Shown: positions 1 to 13,964, counted from the first letter of the whole stretch. The stretch: 63,641 nucleotides of DNA, filler included, from Octopus bimaculoides (GCF_001194135.2; 4 parts of 4 records of this genome joined end to end with filler, not necessarily neighbours in it); one strand, 5' to 3'. Notes: generated by a model not told the origin, from the sequence alone. Numbers and translations are program-made.

Positions 1-263
1 GCCCCTCGTCGTGGGGGATCACTGTATAGAGGCTCTGGATGTCTAGAGTGAAGAGAAGCTTAGAAGGGCCGGGAGGGAAAGAGAAAGAGTTGAATAGACG
101 AAGCGCGTGGTTAGTGTCATGAATGTGGGAAGGGAGAGAAGCCACTAGGGGGCGAGGACACGGTCTAGGTATTTTGAGATAAGCTCGGTGGGGCAGTTGC
201 AGGCGGAGACGATGGGGCGGCCAGGGTTGTTCGGTTTATGGATCTTGGGGAGGAAGTAAATGG
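1..263 (-). mobile_element. Penelope-like retroelement reverse transcriptase fragment (frameshifted; runs off window start)
   Basis: Minus-strand translation [59 protein letters not shown]...LLFTLDIQSLYTVIPHDEG matches PLE RT motifs (LPKIHK..PGRPIVS, DxxSLYT.IP); one frameshift near 150. Confidence 0.9.
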
Positions 264-1088
264 TATATATATATAAACAGATGTTCACCTCCTTTTAGGT
301 TTAATATACGAAGCAGAAGGTTTTTCTATTGTTACCCAAGAATAGCTCCGTATAATTTTTAATGTAACTCACTAAACATCCCTTATCTAAAGCTACTGGA
401 ACCAAGGATGCTTCCTGACTGTATTTGTAAGTATTCTTTCACATTAGACTGCATGTCAATAAAGACGAAAAATTGTCCTTATTAGAATTACAACTATTAT
501 ATTTCATTTCGTTTTTGTATTTGGTTTGCAAGATTCGGCATGTGAATTCGTGTGTTGAAGCATCAACGACTATTAAGGAGATTGCAAGACGCAACGAAAA
601 TTTTAGAATAACTAAATAAGTAAATGAGTGGAAATCGAACCGGTGGGTGCACTAAAAGATAATGACTCTTCCCAGACGCAATAAAATATTGCATTTCAGT
701 TCTCAAACTAATAGTTCTGGTGTTGGCAAACTTGAAAAAGGTACTAAAAACTATTAATGGATCTCCGTATATTACTAGTACTCAATATATTGATTCCTCT
801 AATCATGTGCCATAAATAAATATTACAAATTATGGAAACAATTATGCTGGTAATCTAAATTTTCGTCCAAGTTTTATGTGAGAATGATTTCTTTTAGTTA
901 AATTCATGGTTCCATATTTTAGAGATTGTTATGTTCATGATCTTTCTCATCAGGGCCGACTCTAGGAAGTGCGGGGCCCAATTAAAGAATTGGCAGTGGG
1001 GTTCTCTACTCTGCAAAAGCTGATGATTGATGTTTTATGCTTCGTGTAGTACGCCAATCCCTGCTGAAAAGCGATGAGGGCTGTACGT

Positions 1089-4082
1089 CAGTGTTTTCCA
1101 AACTTTTTGCACTAAATTGCAATATCGCCCACCTGTCGACCAAAAAATGCTCCATCGCCCACCTATGTAAAAAAACTCCGACACAACCCCACCTAATACA
1201 AAATCCCCTAGGACCCCACCTCTGTATTATTTGATACACATTATATCGTAGGCTCATTGCCCTGTTAGTGTCATTTGGACTAAATATGCAGTTGTTTACA
1301 AATCCTTTTGTGGGTTTAGTTTTGCCATTAGTGTGAATAAAATTCTAACCTTAACTCTATATTATGCAGACAGATTAACTTCTGGAAACTTGCGCTTTCT
1401 TTTACACTGATTTTCATTTTCCCCAAATGAACCATTGGTCAGAACTACCGATGCAAAAATAATTAATGATTGTATTATAAAGGAAAAGAATAAAACTTTT
1501 TAATGAGAACCATGTGTCTGGTGCGATGCAGCTAGTGTAGATACATTCGGTTTCAAACTTGTCGACTTTAGCCGCAAGTCTCTTCGTTGTATCGCATCCA
1601 GTCCAATTCTTTTATGGGAAAATACAGTTCCAGCATGGTTAAAACTAGATTCAACCAGGTATGAGGTAATGAAGCAAGCAAAAGTAATTTCAGATGTTTC
1701 CACAGATTGGGGTAGGAATTCAGTATACTCTGATGGTACCACAAACCTTCTTTGTCATTACGCCGATATCGCATTGTGGCATCATTGTCATTTTGTAATT
1801 CTATCAATTCCTCTTGAACATCATCCTCGCAATCGACTGCACTGGACCTCAAATGGATTGCTATACCAATTTGGAATATTCAGCGCAATGACATCTTGAA
1901 ATCGCTCCACCCTGTTATCGTGCAATGAATGTAAATGGCTGTGATATGTACTTAAATCTTCATCAATCAATTCATCTTTCAAAGAATAAAGTTGTGGAAA
2001 TTGATGGAACTGACGGTTTGAAATGTTAGTCTTAAACAACACCAATTTCGAAATGGAGGTAGTGATAACTGATTTACAATCAACGAGAGTTTTTCTGTTT
2101 CTTTGTAATAACTTATTCAAATCATTTAATTTTGTGAATATATCATAAAGAAAAATAGAAATCGCCCCTTGCAGCCATCATTGAAGTGGATAGTGGAGTA
2201 TCTTCAAAGAAAAAGATATCAAATAGAACAGTTCGACAAAGCGTATAACACAGTTTCCTTTTGACAGACACCGCACTTCGGTATGGTATAAGAGTTTAAT
2301 ATTGTCCTCATCATTTCTCAGACAGAGTTGATGGAAAATTCGATCAGACAAGGGATTGGACTTCAATTTGTTCACAGTCTTGATAACTAACTGTAGCGCA
2401 TCATTCAATCAGTTGTTCATATTTTTTGCCACTAAATGCTGCCGGTATACCAAGGAATGAACAGTTAGTATCTGGTGTGGAATTTCACGCTTTAGGAGAG
2501 ATAAAAAAACCTCTGTACCTTCCTATCATCGAAGGGGTTCCATCAGACGCACAGGCAAGAGTATTACTGAGTTGGGTACTATGTTCAAACGGGAAAGACT
2601 TGAGAGTGTGAAAAATAGTTGCACCTTTTGAATCAAGAGGGAATTTCTCAGTGAACAGCGTTTCCTTACAAAGTTGAAGGTCTTCGCTGAAATACCGAAC
2701 ATATACCATCATCAAACATTAATTGTCCACAACAGTTGACTCATCCACTTGTATAGAAAATTCAGAACGCTAGAGAATATTAATGAGCTGATGTTTGACA
2801 TCGCTGGCCATTTCATCGATGCGTCGAGAAATTGTGTTATTACTAAGTGGGATCTTCTTCATAATGTTATCGGGGTTTTCGTGCACAACGGATGACAAAA
2901 CCTCTTCGATAACTGGACAAAGTAATGTTTCTCCAATTGTGTGAGATTTCCCAGGCTTAGCAACAAACAAGCAGTGTTGTACGATGCAATCAACCTGTCA
3001 TTCTCCTGTTTACTAGTTTCCTGGAGTAGGGTGTTGAATGCTTGTATTTGCTTTTTGAAATAGGAGTTCAGTTACAAAAAGTATGATAACGGCTTGTCCT
3101 TCTTGTCAGAATGCTTTGCATCAAAGTGATACTTCAAGCATGAAGGTTTCATTGCTTCGTTGGTCAATGTTTGATGACAAAGAAGGCACATTGGTAACTG
3201 ACAATTTTGAGGAGAGTCTGTCGACAAATTTTCTTGACTGGAGGCATCAGTAAAGTAAAAATGTGAAAACGAATTTCTACAGACGGCATCAGAAAGGCAG
3301 TATGGTATTCCCAAAGAGAAGAAATCAACAGAGCAGAGTCAGGTGACACGTCTTTACAGGAGCAAATACGGATCTAGTTCGTTTGGCTGCCAGCATTTCA
3401 AAAATTAAAGTTTATTGAAAGTTTTAGAATTTGGCACATTAATGAACCTTTCTGAGTTAAACTACTGGAGCTATTCAACTTTTTCCAGAAAAATGTTTTT
3501 AAAAAGTTATAGAGGTTTAAAGTTTGATCATTTTCACCCAGTCAAGAAACACGATTTCAAAGCTGTCATTCTGTTCGTGACTGCAACATCCTGAAAATAG
3601 CACTTGTGTTTTGATATGAAACCACAGAATTACGCACGACATAACCCCTCATAGCATTTTTCATTTTACGGAGTTTTCAGAAAATTTTTTTGAATTTGAA
3701 TTCTATATGCGGGACAATTATGCAAAAAATAAAATTTGTAGTGGAGTGTAATGTAAGGCCTAGGCCTATTTGGCTGCTATTTTTAGCACGCATAACCATC
3801 TAGCACGCATGACAACCAATGACTGCGACAAAAATATTCGATCGATAAACAAGTCCACTCATGCGAGTAGTCAAATCGATAAAAGTGCACTCTTATTCTA
3901 GGCATGCCTAGATACCAGTAAATGCAGACTTGATTTCTAAAAATTCATTGTCACCCACAAAAGGTTCATATCGTACACCAAAATTTCAAATGGCCTGCCA
4001 TTTTCTAGAAGTTTGCCCATCGCCCACCTGTAAGTTAAAATTGCCCACCGATGGACGATATAGCCCACTTTGGGAAGCTATA
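1089..4082 (-). mobile_element. Full-length defective hAT (Buster/Charlie-type) DNA transposon
   Basis: Degenerate TIRs CAGTGTTTTCCAAAC (1089) and CTTTGGGAAGCTATA (to 4082); 8-bp TSD CTGTACGT (1081-1088) / CTGTACGC (4083-4090) with central TA; subterminal ATCGCCCACCT repeats at both ends; internal transposase remnants. Confidence 0.9.
1500..3247 (-). pseudogene. hAT/Buster transposase pseudogene (ZBED5/SCAND3-like family)
   Basis: Fragments across frames: BED finger CLLCHQTLTNEAMKPSCLKYHFDAKH, IPLSNNTISRRIDEMA, IQVDESTV, CASDGTPSM, HTEVRCLSKG, SYLVESSF; many stops and frameshifts. Confidence 0.9.
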
Positions 4083-4113
4083 CTGTACGCGATGAATATC
4101 CAATATCAAACTA

Positions 4114-4890
4114 TCTTAATCTACATATTTAAGCTGCATTAAACTTTGGCATGCTTACCTTTACCTATTCTGATTTACTTGAAAGATGATGTTCCCTTCT
4201 CTCTCATATATTTCTTGACACCTTTGTTTACCTTTGACACCGTTGTTTCACTTTAAGGATGCTTATTTACCCATTCATTATGATATTTCGACTGTTTAGC
4301 ATTGACGTTCTAGCCCTTTTTAAACAATCACATATGATTCGTCCCAAAGAATCAATCTTTGAATAAGAGTTTTGCTTCCACCAGCGAAAGCTATACATAT
4401 CTTTCAGAAATCTCCATACCAATTTAACTTTATGCGGCATATGCTGTTAGTTTATGCACAGGCTATGTGGGAAGACAGAATAAAGGGGCTTTTGTTGGCT
4501 TATCTCTCCGGAAAAATAGCTCCCTTTGTTGTTGAATAAAATAAATTCGCAGATGGGGAAGTTCCAACATCTTCCTTCAATTTCCTTACATCATTTATGT
4601 GGTTGTTCCTGACAAGAAATTTCGCTTTCATTTGTAGTCATTATCCGTAATCTTCTCTCAAAACACTTCAGTAGCTCTACTTTGCATCGATGCGAACTTA
4701 TATCTTTTATGATCCTTAAAGTGCAATGACCTCCACAATAACCAGCCTTCAATTTCATTTGCCGTTCCTAGGTTAATCGGAAACATAGATTGCTGTGCTA
4801 CTTAAAAACCTTCTAGGTAGTCCAATTATTTGGTGAGAAAAATACCACCAAAGCAACTTAAACCGTCCAAAGGACGGGTGCGTTTGCTAG
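4114..4890 (+). mobile_element. Non-autonomous Helitron-like element
   Basis: 3' hairpin CCGTCC-AAA-GGACGG (4863-4877), then CTAG (4887-4890) followed by T; candidate A|TC 5' start at 4114 or 4120; 5' end approximate. Confidence 0.6.
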
Positions 4891-4929
4891 TGTATAAAAA
4901 TTCTATGTATAATAAGCATAAAGAGCGAA

Positions 4930-5100
4930 AATTGGGTGGGAGGGGGCTAGTCAATTACTTTGACCCGAATGCTCAATTGATACTTATTTTACCGACCTCG
5001 GAAGGATGAAAAGCAAAGTCAACCTCAGCGGAATTTGAACTTATAACTTTGAAATATCAAAAAGCTTGTGTCCGGCATGCTAATAATTCTGCCAGTTCAC
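4930..5100 (-). mobile_element. SINE family A (tRNA-derived head, GACTTTGC(C)TTTCATCC core)
   Basis: Reverse-complement match to the intact copy at 47240 (B box GAGTTCAAATTCC, core). Confidence 0.7.
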
Positions 5101-7622
5101 TGATTTTATGCATTACATAATGATATTTAACAAAACAGTTTTAGTATTAATTATAATGTTTACATATGTCTAGAGATAGCAGGAGTCTAAGTCCTTATTA
5201 GAACGAGATACAGAATGAAATGTATCTAGTGAAATATATTTAGTGAAAGATAAATTGACCAAACAATTAACCTATGATACTTAACACGAGGAGTTTAAGT
5301 ACTTCGCGGAAGTCATCGTGCAAATTTATTAGATAAATTGTTTCATGACGAACGTCGTGTGAAGTAGTCATAGGGTGAAATAGAAAGGGAAGAAATTCAA
5401 ACTTGTTTTAAATACATAATGTACTACTTAGTACACTAAATAATTTTCTAATAATATAAATCCCATCAAAAGGATGAAACCTCTGTGTAGTTGTCTCTCA
5501 TAATTGCCATAGAGAAAAAGATCATTTGGCATAGATTAACATTGTTTATCTTTTTATACGTTTAGGAATATATGTTCTAATTATTAAGAATGCTCCTACC
5601 CACATATCTAATCATATAGATTAGAGTGAAAATAAATTTGAAAAAGAAAATTCATTTATATTTTATATTTATAAATTCGTTTATATTTTACAAAGATAAG
5701 CAAATAAATTAAGCCATCAATTAACAATAAAATTCATTTATTTCATTTTTAATAACTAAAATTTTCAATTTTCTAAAATCCTCCGATTATTATTTTATCA
5801 GAAATTGTTCAAGATACTCACAATTTACTTTAACCGGACAAAAAAATTAACTTCGGTAAAGTAGAGGAAAGTTTGTTGTGAGTCGAGCTCTTGACTGAAG
5901 TAAATTTACTTCACTCAACAAACTAATGCTTTTTGGAAAGCAAGAGCTTCACACAGTTTTATTCATTCACCTATAAATTTAAGGAATTAATTTTAAGCAA
6001 GCTGTAAAATAAATGATGGATTAGTAAACAATTGTTATAACTGAAACTATTTTATCAATCAACTAAATAGAAAAATAAATCTGTGAAGTTACTCAGAGAT
6101 GTCATCCGCACCAAAAACACTAGTTAAGTAGAAATATCTGTGCGTTTAGGCTAAAACAACATTAGCTCACATTCGAAAAATACGGGAGATAAATCCAAAC
6201 AAATTTGTGTCTTATTAGACCTGCTCAGTGCTTGTTGGAATAGTGATGGGACACTGACCAAATTGATGTACAATTATGTACACAAGTGAAAAATACAGAA
6301 TGGAAAATACAAAACGCGAAATATTAGCATATTCAAAAACTATATGACCGAGATTACTTCCTCAAAGGTGTCACCCGCGGGAAAAATAATAACTTAATGG
6401 TGACATATTTAATGTAATGAGAATTAAGTATCTAATTAGATAGCTATACGATGTGAAGAAAACAATATTACAGATCAATGATTAATAAATAATTATTATT
6501 TCGGCGAATACAATAGACAATTCATTGATATAATGATCAATTTTATTCTAACGTTGCTTCGAATCAAGGTTTGTGTGTGCATTAAATATGTTAACACTAA
6601 CTTAACTGTAGTTTTTCACGTGGACGGCGTCTCTGGGTAATTAACTTCAGTGGTTTATTATTTTTTAAATATGCTCATTTTCGAGCTTAGTCAAGTACAT
6701 TGTCTTATATTTATTTAGTAGTCTCTCACCACTACATCAACAAGTACATTGAAGTCTATATATTGGTGTAGAAGTCGGAAACCTCTCCACTAGTGTTTTC
6801 CATACTTGCCAAAATTATCAAAATAACCTTACTCATTGGTCAGTGTCTTTCCTTCTGCGCATAAATATTCCTTATTAAATTTTTGGTGTTAACTGCAATA
6901 AATATGCTAATACTGACTTAACTATTTTATCGAATCATTACTACAAGCTTTTCACCATAGTTTCTTATGAAGTATCTAAAATTCGGCTGTTTAATTCTAA
7001 CTCACGATTAAAATACAGAAAATTACCTGTTTTTGCTTTTAACCACAATTTTTAGTTTAATCCAAAAATACAATTTCCACGAGATTTTATCTGAAACAGA
7101 GTGTCCTTTGTTAAACTAGAACCGAATTACTGTGGATGATATCTTACTTCAAAGATTTTTCTAACCGAGCTTTAAATGATTTCATTTGTTGAGTACACTT
7201 AATAATTCTTAATTTAAGAGACGACCTTTCCATTTCTGATGCATTTAACCCGAGTTTAGACTGCTCGAGTTTTTCAGCAGCAATTAATGTCATAAATTAA
7301 GCATTTGCGACTTGAACTTTCCCTGCGAAATTTCTATTACATCAGAAACGAACTCTAACTTGAACAAGAACAAAGCTGTTTCTAGAAGAACCGTTGTCAT
7401 AATAAGCTGATATTACACCAAAACTAACTCTCACAAACTAAATCGCTTTCGAATTTTCTTTTACACCTAACTATAAACAAAATGTTAACAAATAACTTTG
7501 TCTCATTTACATGACATAACGCATACACTTGAGTATATTCTAACTGCTTATATTCAATTAGTATGGACAAGTAGCCAAACATAGCTTAATCCTGTAAACA
7601 ATGGTTAACTATCACATTCAAC

Positions 7623-7984
7623 TCAAGAAAAGAATGCCTCACTTTTCATTACTGTATTTATATATTTATTTTTGCTACTGTTGTTTAGCAGATGCTGCCT
7701 GAGTGATACCATATGGCATTCGAAGGCCGTCTGCACTGATCTCAGGCCTCTATCACCTTCATTTCTTCTTAGGTAGAGCCTGTCAACATCACCGTTTCTG
7801 TGGAAGTTCCCAGTAGTTGTCAGGTTTTTGCGCGCTTTGATATCTATGGAGTAAATTTCCTCTACAGTCCAATCAAGTATTCCAAATGTTGGGATCCAGC
7901 ACTGGTACTGCAAATGCATTGTGGGGTATTGTTTTGTTGTAAGAGGAGAGTTCCGACTACCATATTTTCCTCAGTCCAGTGTAA
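7623..7984 (-). mobile_element. R4/Dong-clade non-LTR retrotransposon RT C-terminal fragment
   Basis: Translation ..KIW*SELSSYNKTIPHNAFAVPVL/IPTFGILDWTVEEIYSIDIKARKNLTTTGNFHRNGDVDRLYLRRNEGDRGL; abuts an N gap. Confidence 0.8.
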
Positions 7985-8496
7985 CNNNNNNNNNNNNNNN
8001 NNNNNNNNNNNNNNNNNNNNNNNNNNNNNNNNNNNNNNNNNNNNNNNNNNNNNNNNNNNNNNNNNNNNNNNNNNNNNNNNNNNNNNNNNNNNNNNNNNNN
8101 NNNNNNNNNNNNNNNNNNNNNNNNNNNNNNNNNNNNNNNNNNNNNNNNNNNNNNNNNNNNNNNNNNNNNNNNNNNNNNNNNNNNNNNNNNNNNNNNNNNN
8201 NNNNNNNNNNNNNNNNNNNNNNNNNNNNNNNNNNNNNNNNNNNNNNNNNNNNNNNNNNNNNNNAGACAATACAAAGAAAACAGGGACAGGTCATTCGGAG
8301 TTTTCTCTCTTCAGTCGAGATCCAGATTATCCTTGCAATTTCGGCTGGTTATTCTCGATATTGCTCCAATCTGGCCAGCCCCAAGGAAAAACTAAGCTAA
8401 GAGCATTAGATTCCTTGGAAGAAAGCAGCGAATGTATACAAAAACAAGGACGGAAAAAAACGAACAATGTTACACAAATACAAAAAAATATATATA

Positions 8497-8500
8497 TATA

Positions 8501-8568
<68 letters not shown>

Positions 8569-8583
8569 CTCTATCTATCTATC

Positions 8584-8621
<38 letters not shown>

Positions 8622-8625
8622 TATA
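8497..8625. repeat. Compound (ATCT)n/(AT)n/(AG)n microsatellite
   Basis: Seen directly. Confidence 0.95.
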
Positions 8626-11600
8626 GATATAAAAAAATAGATATAAAAAAAACAAGATGCTAAAGCCCCAAGATGTAACCGAATGAATAGTTACTTCGTA
8701 TTTCTGTGGAGAATAAAAGTGATCGGCAGCTGCTCAAAACATTATTAAATATATCACCTTCCAATTAGGCATAACTTTGCTTAAACAATGTACCGTGTCA
8801 ACCGTACAAAAGACTGCCCTGGAATAAATATACTAAATGTTTATGATCCTGAATACATACACATATTTCAACAAAGAAAATATTGACTAAACATTCCCAT
8901 CAAATTTTCCAAATGAAAACATAACAAGCTTGATATTCTATTTGTGACAGAAAGGAAAAATTACATATAGTTACAGACCTCAATTTCTGTGCAAATTTGA
9001 GTATTCATTTCAGAATCAGTGCGGATAATATTTATGGAGGTCTGCTGTGAGACCTGCAACTTCTCATTTCTTATCATAAATTGATATTTGTCCGTACAAT
9101 ATTGGTACCATTGGCTATGTTACTCTAATGCGTAAATTTTGAAAAGTTGAACTTTCAGGCAATGAAACTGATAAACTATCACGCACTTTGCAAATATAGT
9201 CTACAAAGGAAATAGTAAAAAACTATATAACTCTTCACCAATATTGTTATCTAAATTCCAGCCTCAATAGAACATATAACTTAGCTAAACGTTACCTTCT
9301 CACTTCATTACCTCATTATCTCATCTTTGTCGTCATCACTAACGAAAGTCCTTATTTTTATAATACTCCAAAGTTAATTAAAAGGTATTACTTTTTGTCT
9401 ATGACTAATGATATTTCATTGGTAAGATAAATTACCCTTCAGTAAGAAAAACGCAATCGAAGCTGTGACTCATTAAAGATCTTTCCTTAAAATTACATGG
9501 CTTTTGTTGTTGAAGTGTTTTAGTTTAGCGTGAAGAGAGTAAGGAGAGTGTGATGCATCTACTAAGTGAATGATGACATAAACAGTTATCTCTGTTAAGT
9601 ATTTTTCCCAATTATACAGTCTAATAAGGTCAAAATTTGCACTCTAGTGGCATACACGTCACACTAAGGATATAGCCCTATGTCTAAAGCATAAGAAAGT
9701 GGATGGTTCAGTCGAGAGGATGCTGTGTCTTGACAGCAGTGGTACTTTATGCATCTAGTGCAGACGTTGTCATAGTTTGTTGTTAAAAGTTGACGACTTA
9801 AACACTCGTTCTTAATTTCTTTTTTTTTATTAGGAAAATATACTGATAAACCAGCAGATTTATGTATTTATGGCACATTATTTCAATGGTAGAAATGACA
9901 TCCAGTAGATTTCCTCTTCTTATCTATAAATAGGAGAAGAATATGTAAGGGGAAAAAATACAAGTGCTTTGTCAGAACAAAATAGTCACAATGTTTAATA
10001 AATTGGATTGGACAGCGGAAATGGTCGAAACAACAAAAATGATGTCTCGTTGTTCATATTTCACTGAGGTTAACATTGCTTTTCATCGCTCTGGCGTTAA
10101 TGCATTAGTTAAACGCATTTCATACGTTTAACAAATGAAACAATAGCTGAACGTATGTAATATGTTTAACTATTTTCTTAACTATATTCATAAAGGATGT
10201 TCAATGTAACGTTAGTTGTTCCTGACTTTCCCAAAAGAACTAGGAGGTGAATGAAATGTAATAGTTATAAACATAACGACTCGAAAACTCGGGTTAAATT
10301 ACTGCTCTTTGAGAGCTTAGCTCTCGGCGATTACGAACGAGCTATACCTTTATCTTATTTCAAAACGAATTATTTCATTTCAAAGATTTTGTTTTTAAAG
10401 CTTAGTGAATCAATAAGTGATGTACTGAATAACGCATCCACAAAATTCTGAATTAGAATTTGCTTCTTAGTTCCAGAAAGGAAACAAAAACTCCTAATGA
10501 TAAACGTTAACGACTCTCGAAGCAAAGGGGAGATAGTTTCATGAAATTGAGAATCAATATCATATCACCATATAGTATTATCATTGCTAACAGGAAAGAT
10601 GACATCAACGAATATATCTTATTGGAGCCCGTCAGCTAAACAGCTAAATTGAGGACTGCTTGATCCAGTCAATGGGGATTATACAAACAGAAATAAATAT
10701 ACAAAATGTTTTGGATTGTCTGTGTTTCGTCTGATAACATTTCAAGGTGCTATCTGATTTAGCAATTCAAACTGTGATAAACTAAGTAGTTTTTAAATAT
10801 TTCATTGTAAACTAGAAAAATAATCTGACAAACATTAGTTAAGTGAGTTAGAGTTATATCAGTGAAAATATAAAAATTTCTTTCCTATTTTTTTCTTTTA
10901 ATGACATGTTTCTCTGAAGAACATATGTTTGACAGAATTAACAACTCACAGTGCAAAAGTGAACCATTGTACTTTGAATTAGAATTGCGAACATTAAACC
11001 AAGTAATGGATTAAACGAAGCAAAGAGCCAAAAACAATTAACGGTTATTAAGATGTCAGCCACAACTCAAAGTTGTAGTTGACATTATCAATAAGCTGTC
11101 GAATAAAGGTTGTCTGTTCGTACCTCGTTTTCATCGATAGAATCTCGTACTGAACGAAGTAGGCTAAAGAATGTAACCTGTCGTTCTACTGCAGATTAAG
11201 TCATGTCTTCTAATGAGCAAGGAGATAGAAATCGGAAGCTGCACAATAATTAACGGTTTCAATCTACATTACTAAAGAGTATTTACCTGCTGAATGAGAA
11301 ACGATATATTTAATATGGAACGGTGTGTTTAATGTGGGATAACACATCTGTTATCATGTAATCAGTTGACCAAGGATTAGAATCCCATGGCAAGGCTGAG
11401 CGACTCGATCGAAGATTCAGATCTAAAGCTGAGTAGCGGATCATCTTAATGCTATCAGTTCCCAGCCCATTCCTTTTAACAAAGAACCCGGGTGAAAGAA
11501 TAAACGTCACAGCATGCTATTTCCTTTCTATTATATATTAAAGAGTTTGTTTTGCTTTTTTTTCATCACGCTAAATGAATTCGATTTTCAGCACTTCTGA

Positions 11601-13149
11601 AACAAATCGCAAATCCGAAGAAAAATATAGAAATAAGATTTAAGAAAAAAAAAAAACAGTATTTTATGTGGCAATATCATCAAAGGGAGATGTATGGGAG
11701 ATGAAATCAACCGGAAAATTCAAATTTAGTTGTATAGCAACGGGAAAAAATGTAGACAATTATGTACAAGTAGTTAAGATAGTGTTAACATATTTACTGT
11801 AGTAAGCAACAGAAATAACTTATTAGAAAAATGAATAATCAGTCTTGTTATTTTAATCGTAACCGGTTGCGCTGTTAAAAGACAGGGGAAATAAGTAGGA
11901 CACTATACTGATGTACACGCTGAATTTGTTTTAGCATAGACTGCGTGTAACTGCTGGATGTATCAACATTGATAATTTCAGCGCGATGTAGTCTGACGAA
12001 TAAAATGATGCGGGTAAGTTTGTCGAATTAAAACTAATAACGATGTACGAAAGTGCTGCTTGCTATTTGATAGATAATTGGAAGAAAAGATATCACCAGC
12101 TTATAGAGCTCTATTGCTGTCACCTATAAAATCTTTTGTAATTCTCACTGCGGTGAGCTTACTTATTCTGTACAAAGTTGTTGCTCTCTTTCAAACACAG
12201 CAAATGAAAGTTGACACCCCAGCTGAAAGAGGGAGGGCTCTGTGGAAGAATGCAACTTGTTTATCCTTTAAAACGAAGACTTATCACAATTACTTACGTT
12301 CATTAGAAGTAGCTAGTCTTATTTGATTTCTTTATAAAGCTTTCAACGGATATTTCCCTTGTTTTATTAATAAAATCTCGAGAAAATTGTATGGGAAAAT
12401 CCTGTTACACTTTGCTATGAAGAACAGAATTTTCGAGAAACTTGGATTAACAATTGACAATAGAATAGCTCTATTTGTGATGAGAGTATTTTATCAACTG
12501 TTTTTTCTTCTCGATAAATTTTGAGACACTAAAGTCAAGAACCAAGCAAACTTGCATCCAAACCCGCTGCATTAGTTTTTAATGAAAATTAGGAAGTTTG
12601 CTTTGCAACTTGTTTTCCAAGATTCAGTCCCTTTGTGCACCGTCTTGAGCGAGTGTCTTCTACATAATTAGAAAGAAAATTATAAATTTATATGCTTCAG
12701 ATATATTCAGAAATGTTTTTTTCTCCTCATTAATTTTGTTTCATATTATAATCTTGTGTATAAAAAGAAAGAAAAAACAATGAAAGCTGGAGAGCAGTGG
12801 TAGACCGTTTCTGAAAAACAAGTTCGACAAAAGAAAGTAAACTAATGTCCAAGAGTTCATGTCTGTGAGACTGAGCATGCGGCCTTGGCGGAATTAGAAC
12901 TTAAAATACAAAAGTGCTGGTGCATATACTGCAAGCCTGACGGTCTAATGATTCTATCTATCCAACAGACACTTTGCTTTTTGGTCAAGCCCTCATCTGC
13001 TTTTTCAAATTCTGCTTGAACATTAGTTAGAGTGGAGAAGGAGGTGCTTCTAATAGAAAATTTGTGAAAAGGCCCGACTGAATGGATCTACACTAAGCAT
13101 GCACCTGTATGCTGAAAAGTACGGAAGAAAGAGAAGCACTTGCTCTGTT

Positions 13150-13355
13150 AGCAATATAACTCGGGATTTGTGGGTTCCTAGGTCACCCTATGACGGCTTT
13201 TCGTCCCCTTATTAATTATTGTGGTGTGCATTGTTTACATGTGTTTATATAAAGCTCCGCTGTTCTTTGTCCTTGTATTGTCCTAAATGTTTTTATTGCC
13301 CTTGTGATTGAGCAAAGAAAGTATTATTATCATTATTATTATTATTATTATTATT
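13150..13355 (+). mobile_element. Probable LINE/SINE 3' end with (ATT)n tail
   Basis: Tail TTGTCCTTGTATTGTCC..GCCCTTGTG..AAAGAAAG resembles the SINE A tail (TTGTCTGTCCTTGTTTGTCC..GCCCCTTGTG..AAAGAAATAAG), followed by (ATT)n. Confidence 0.4.
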
Positions 13356-13356
13356 T

Positions 13357-13480
13357 GACTTTGCCTCTATCCTTTTGAACTCGATCAAATAGGTACCGGT
13401 CGAACACTGGGGTTCGATGTAATAGACTAGCTCACTCCTCCAAAATTCCAGGCCTTGTACCTGTCGTGAAAAAGGATTAT
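13357..13480 (+). mobile_element. SINE family A, partial
   Basis: GACTTTGCC..core..CAAAATTCCAGGCCTTGTACC. Confidence 0.65.
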
Positions 13481-13964
13481 TTTTATGGATGAGGTATCAG
13501 AATCATTGGAGCGTCGAAAAAATGATTTACAGTATTTTTCCAGCTCTTACCGCTCTGGGTTAAACCCTAATTTTATGTAAAAATTCACTAACTTGCGTAA
13601 CGACTTGACTCCTTTACTTGGCGTGCACTTCTTCAATAATTTTGAACAGATTTGCAAATTTTGTAAACGCAAACATAAATCTAAAAGAAAAAAGACAAAT
13701 AGAAAGAAAAATGACAACACTTAAATATGCAAACACAGACATTTGAATACGTTGGGAGATAATGACTCTTTTATCAAATGAATTTTGTTTTTTCTTGTTC
13801 ATGTTTCCTGCCGAGATGTAATTCTGAATATAAACCAACTCTCAGGAAAACATGGACGTGAGACAGAGATGTTGTGAAATTTTCTGAAATAGCCTGAAAA
13901 TTTTAGTCGACTGAAAGCTCAGCTGTTACACATGTGGCAATAAAATTCACTTGAGGTTTTTTAC

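Noticed and set aside
951-1010. CAGGGCCG..GGGGCCCC hAT-MITE-like terminus
   Set aside because: No matching second end or TSD found
8264-8330. Minus-strand CTGAAGA-GAG aaaa CTC(C)-GAAT hammerhead-like motif
   Set aside because: GAAA and helix I/III are not satisfied; at most a relic next to a gap
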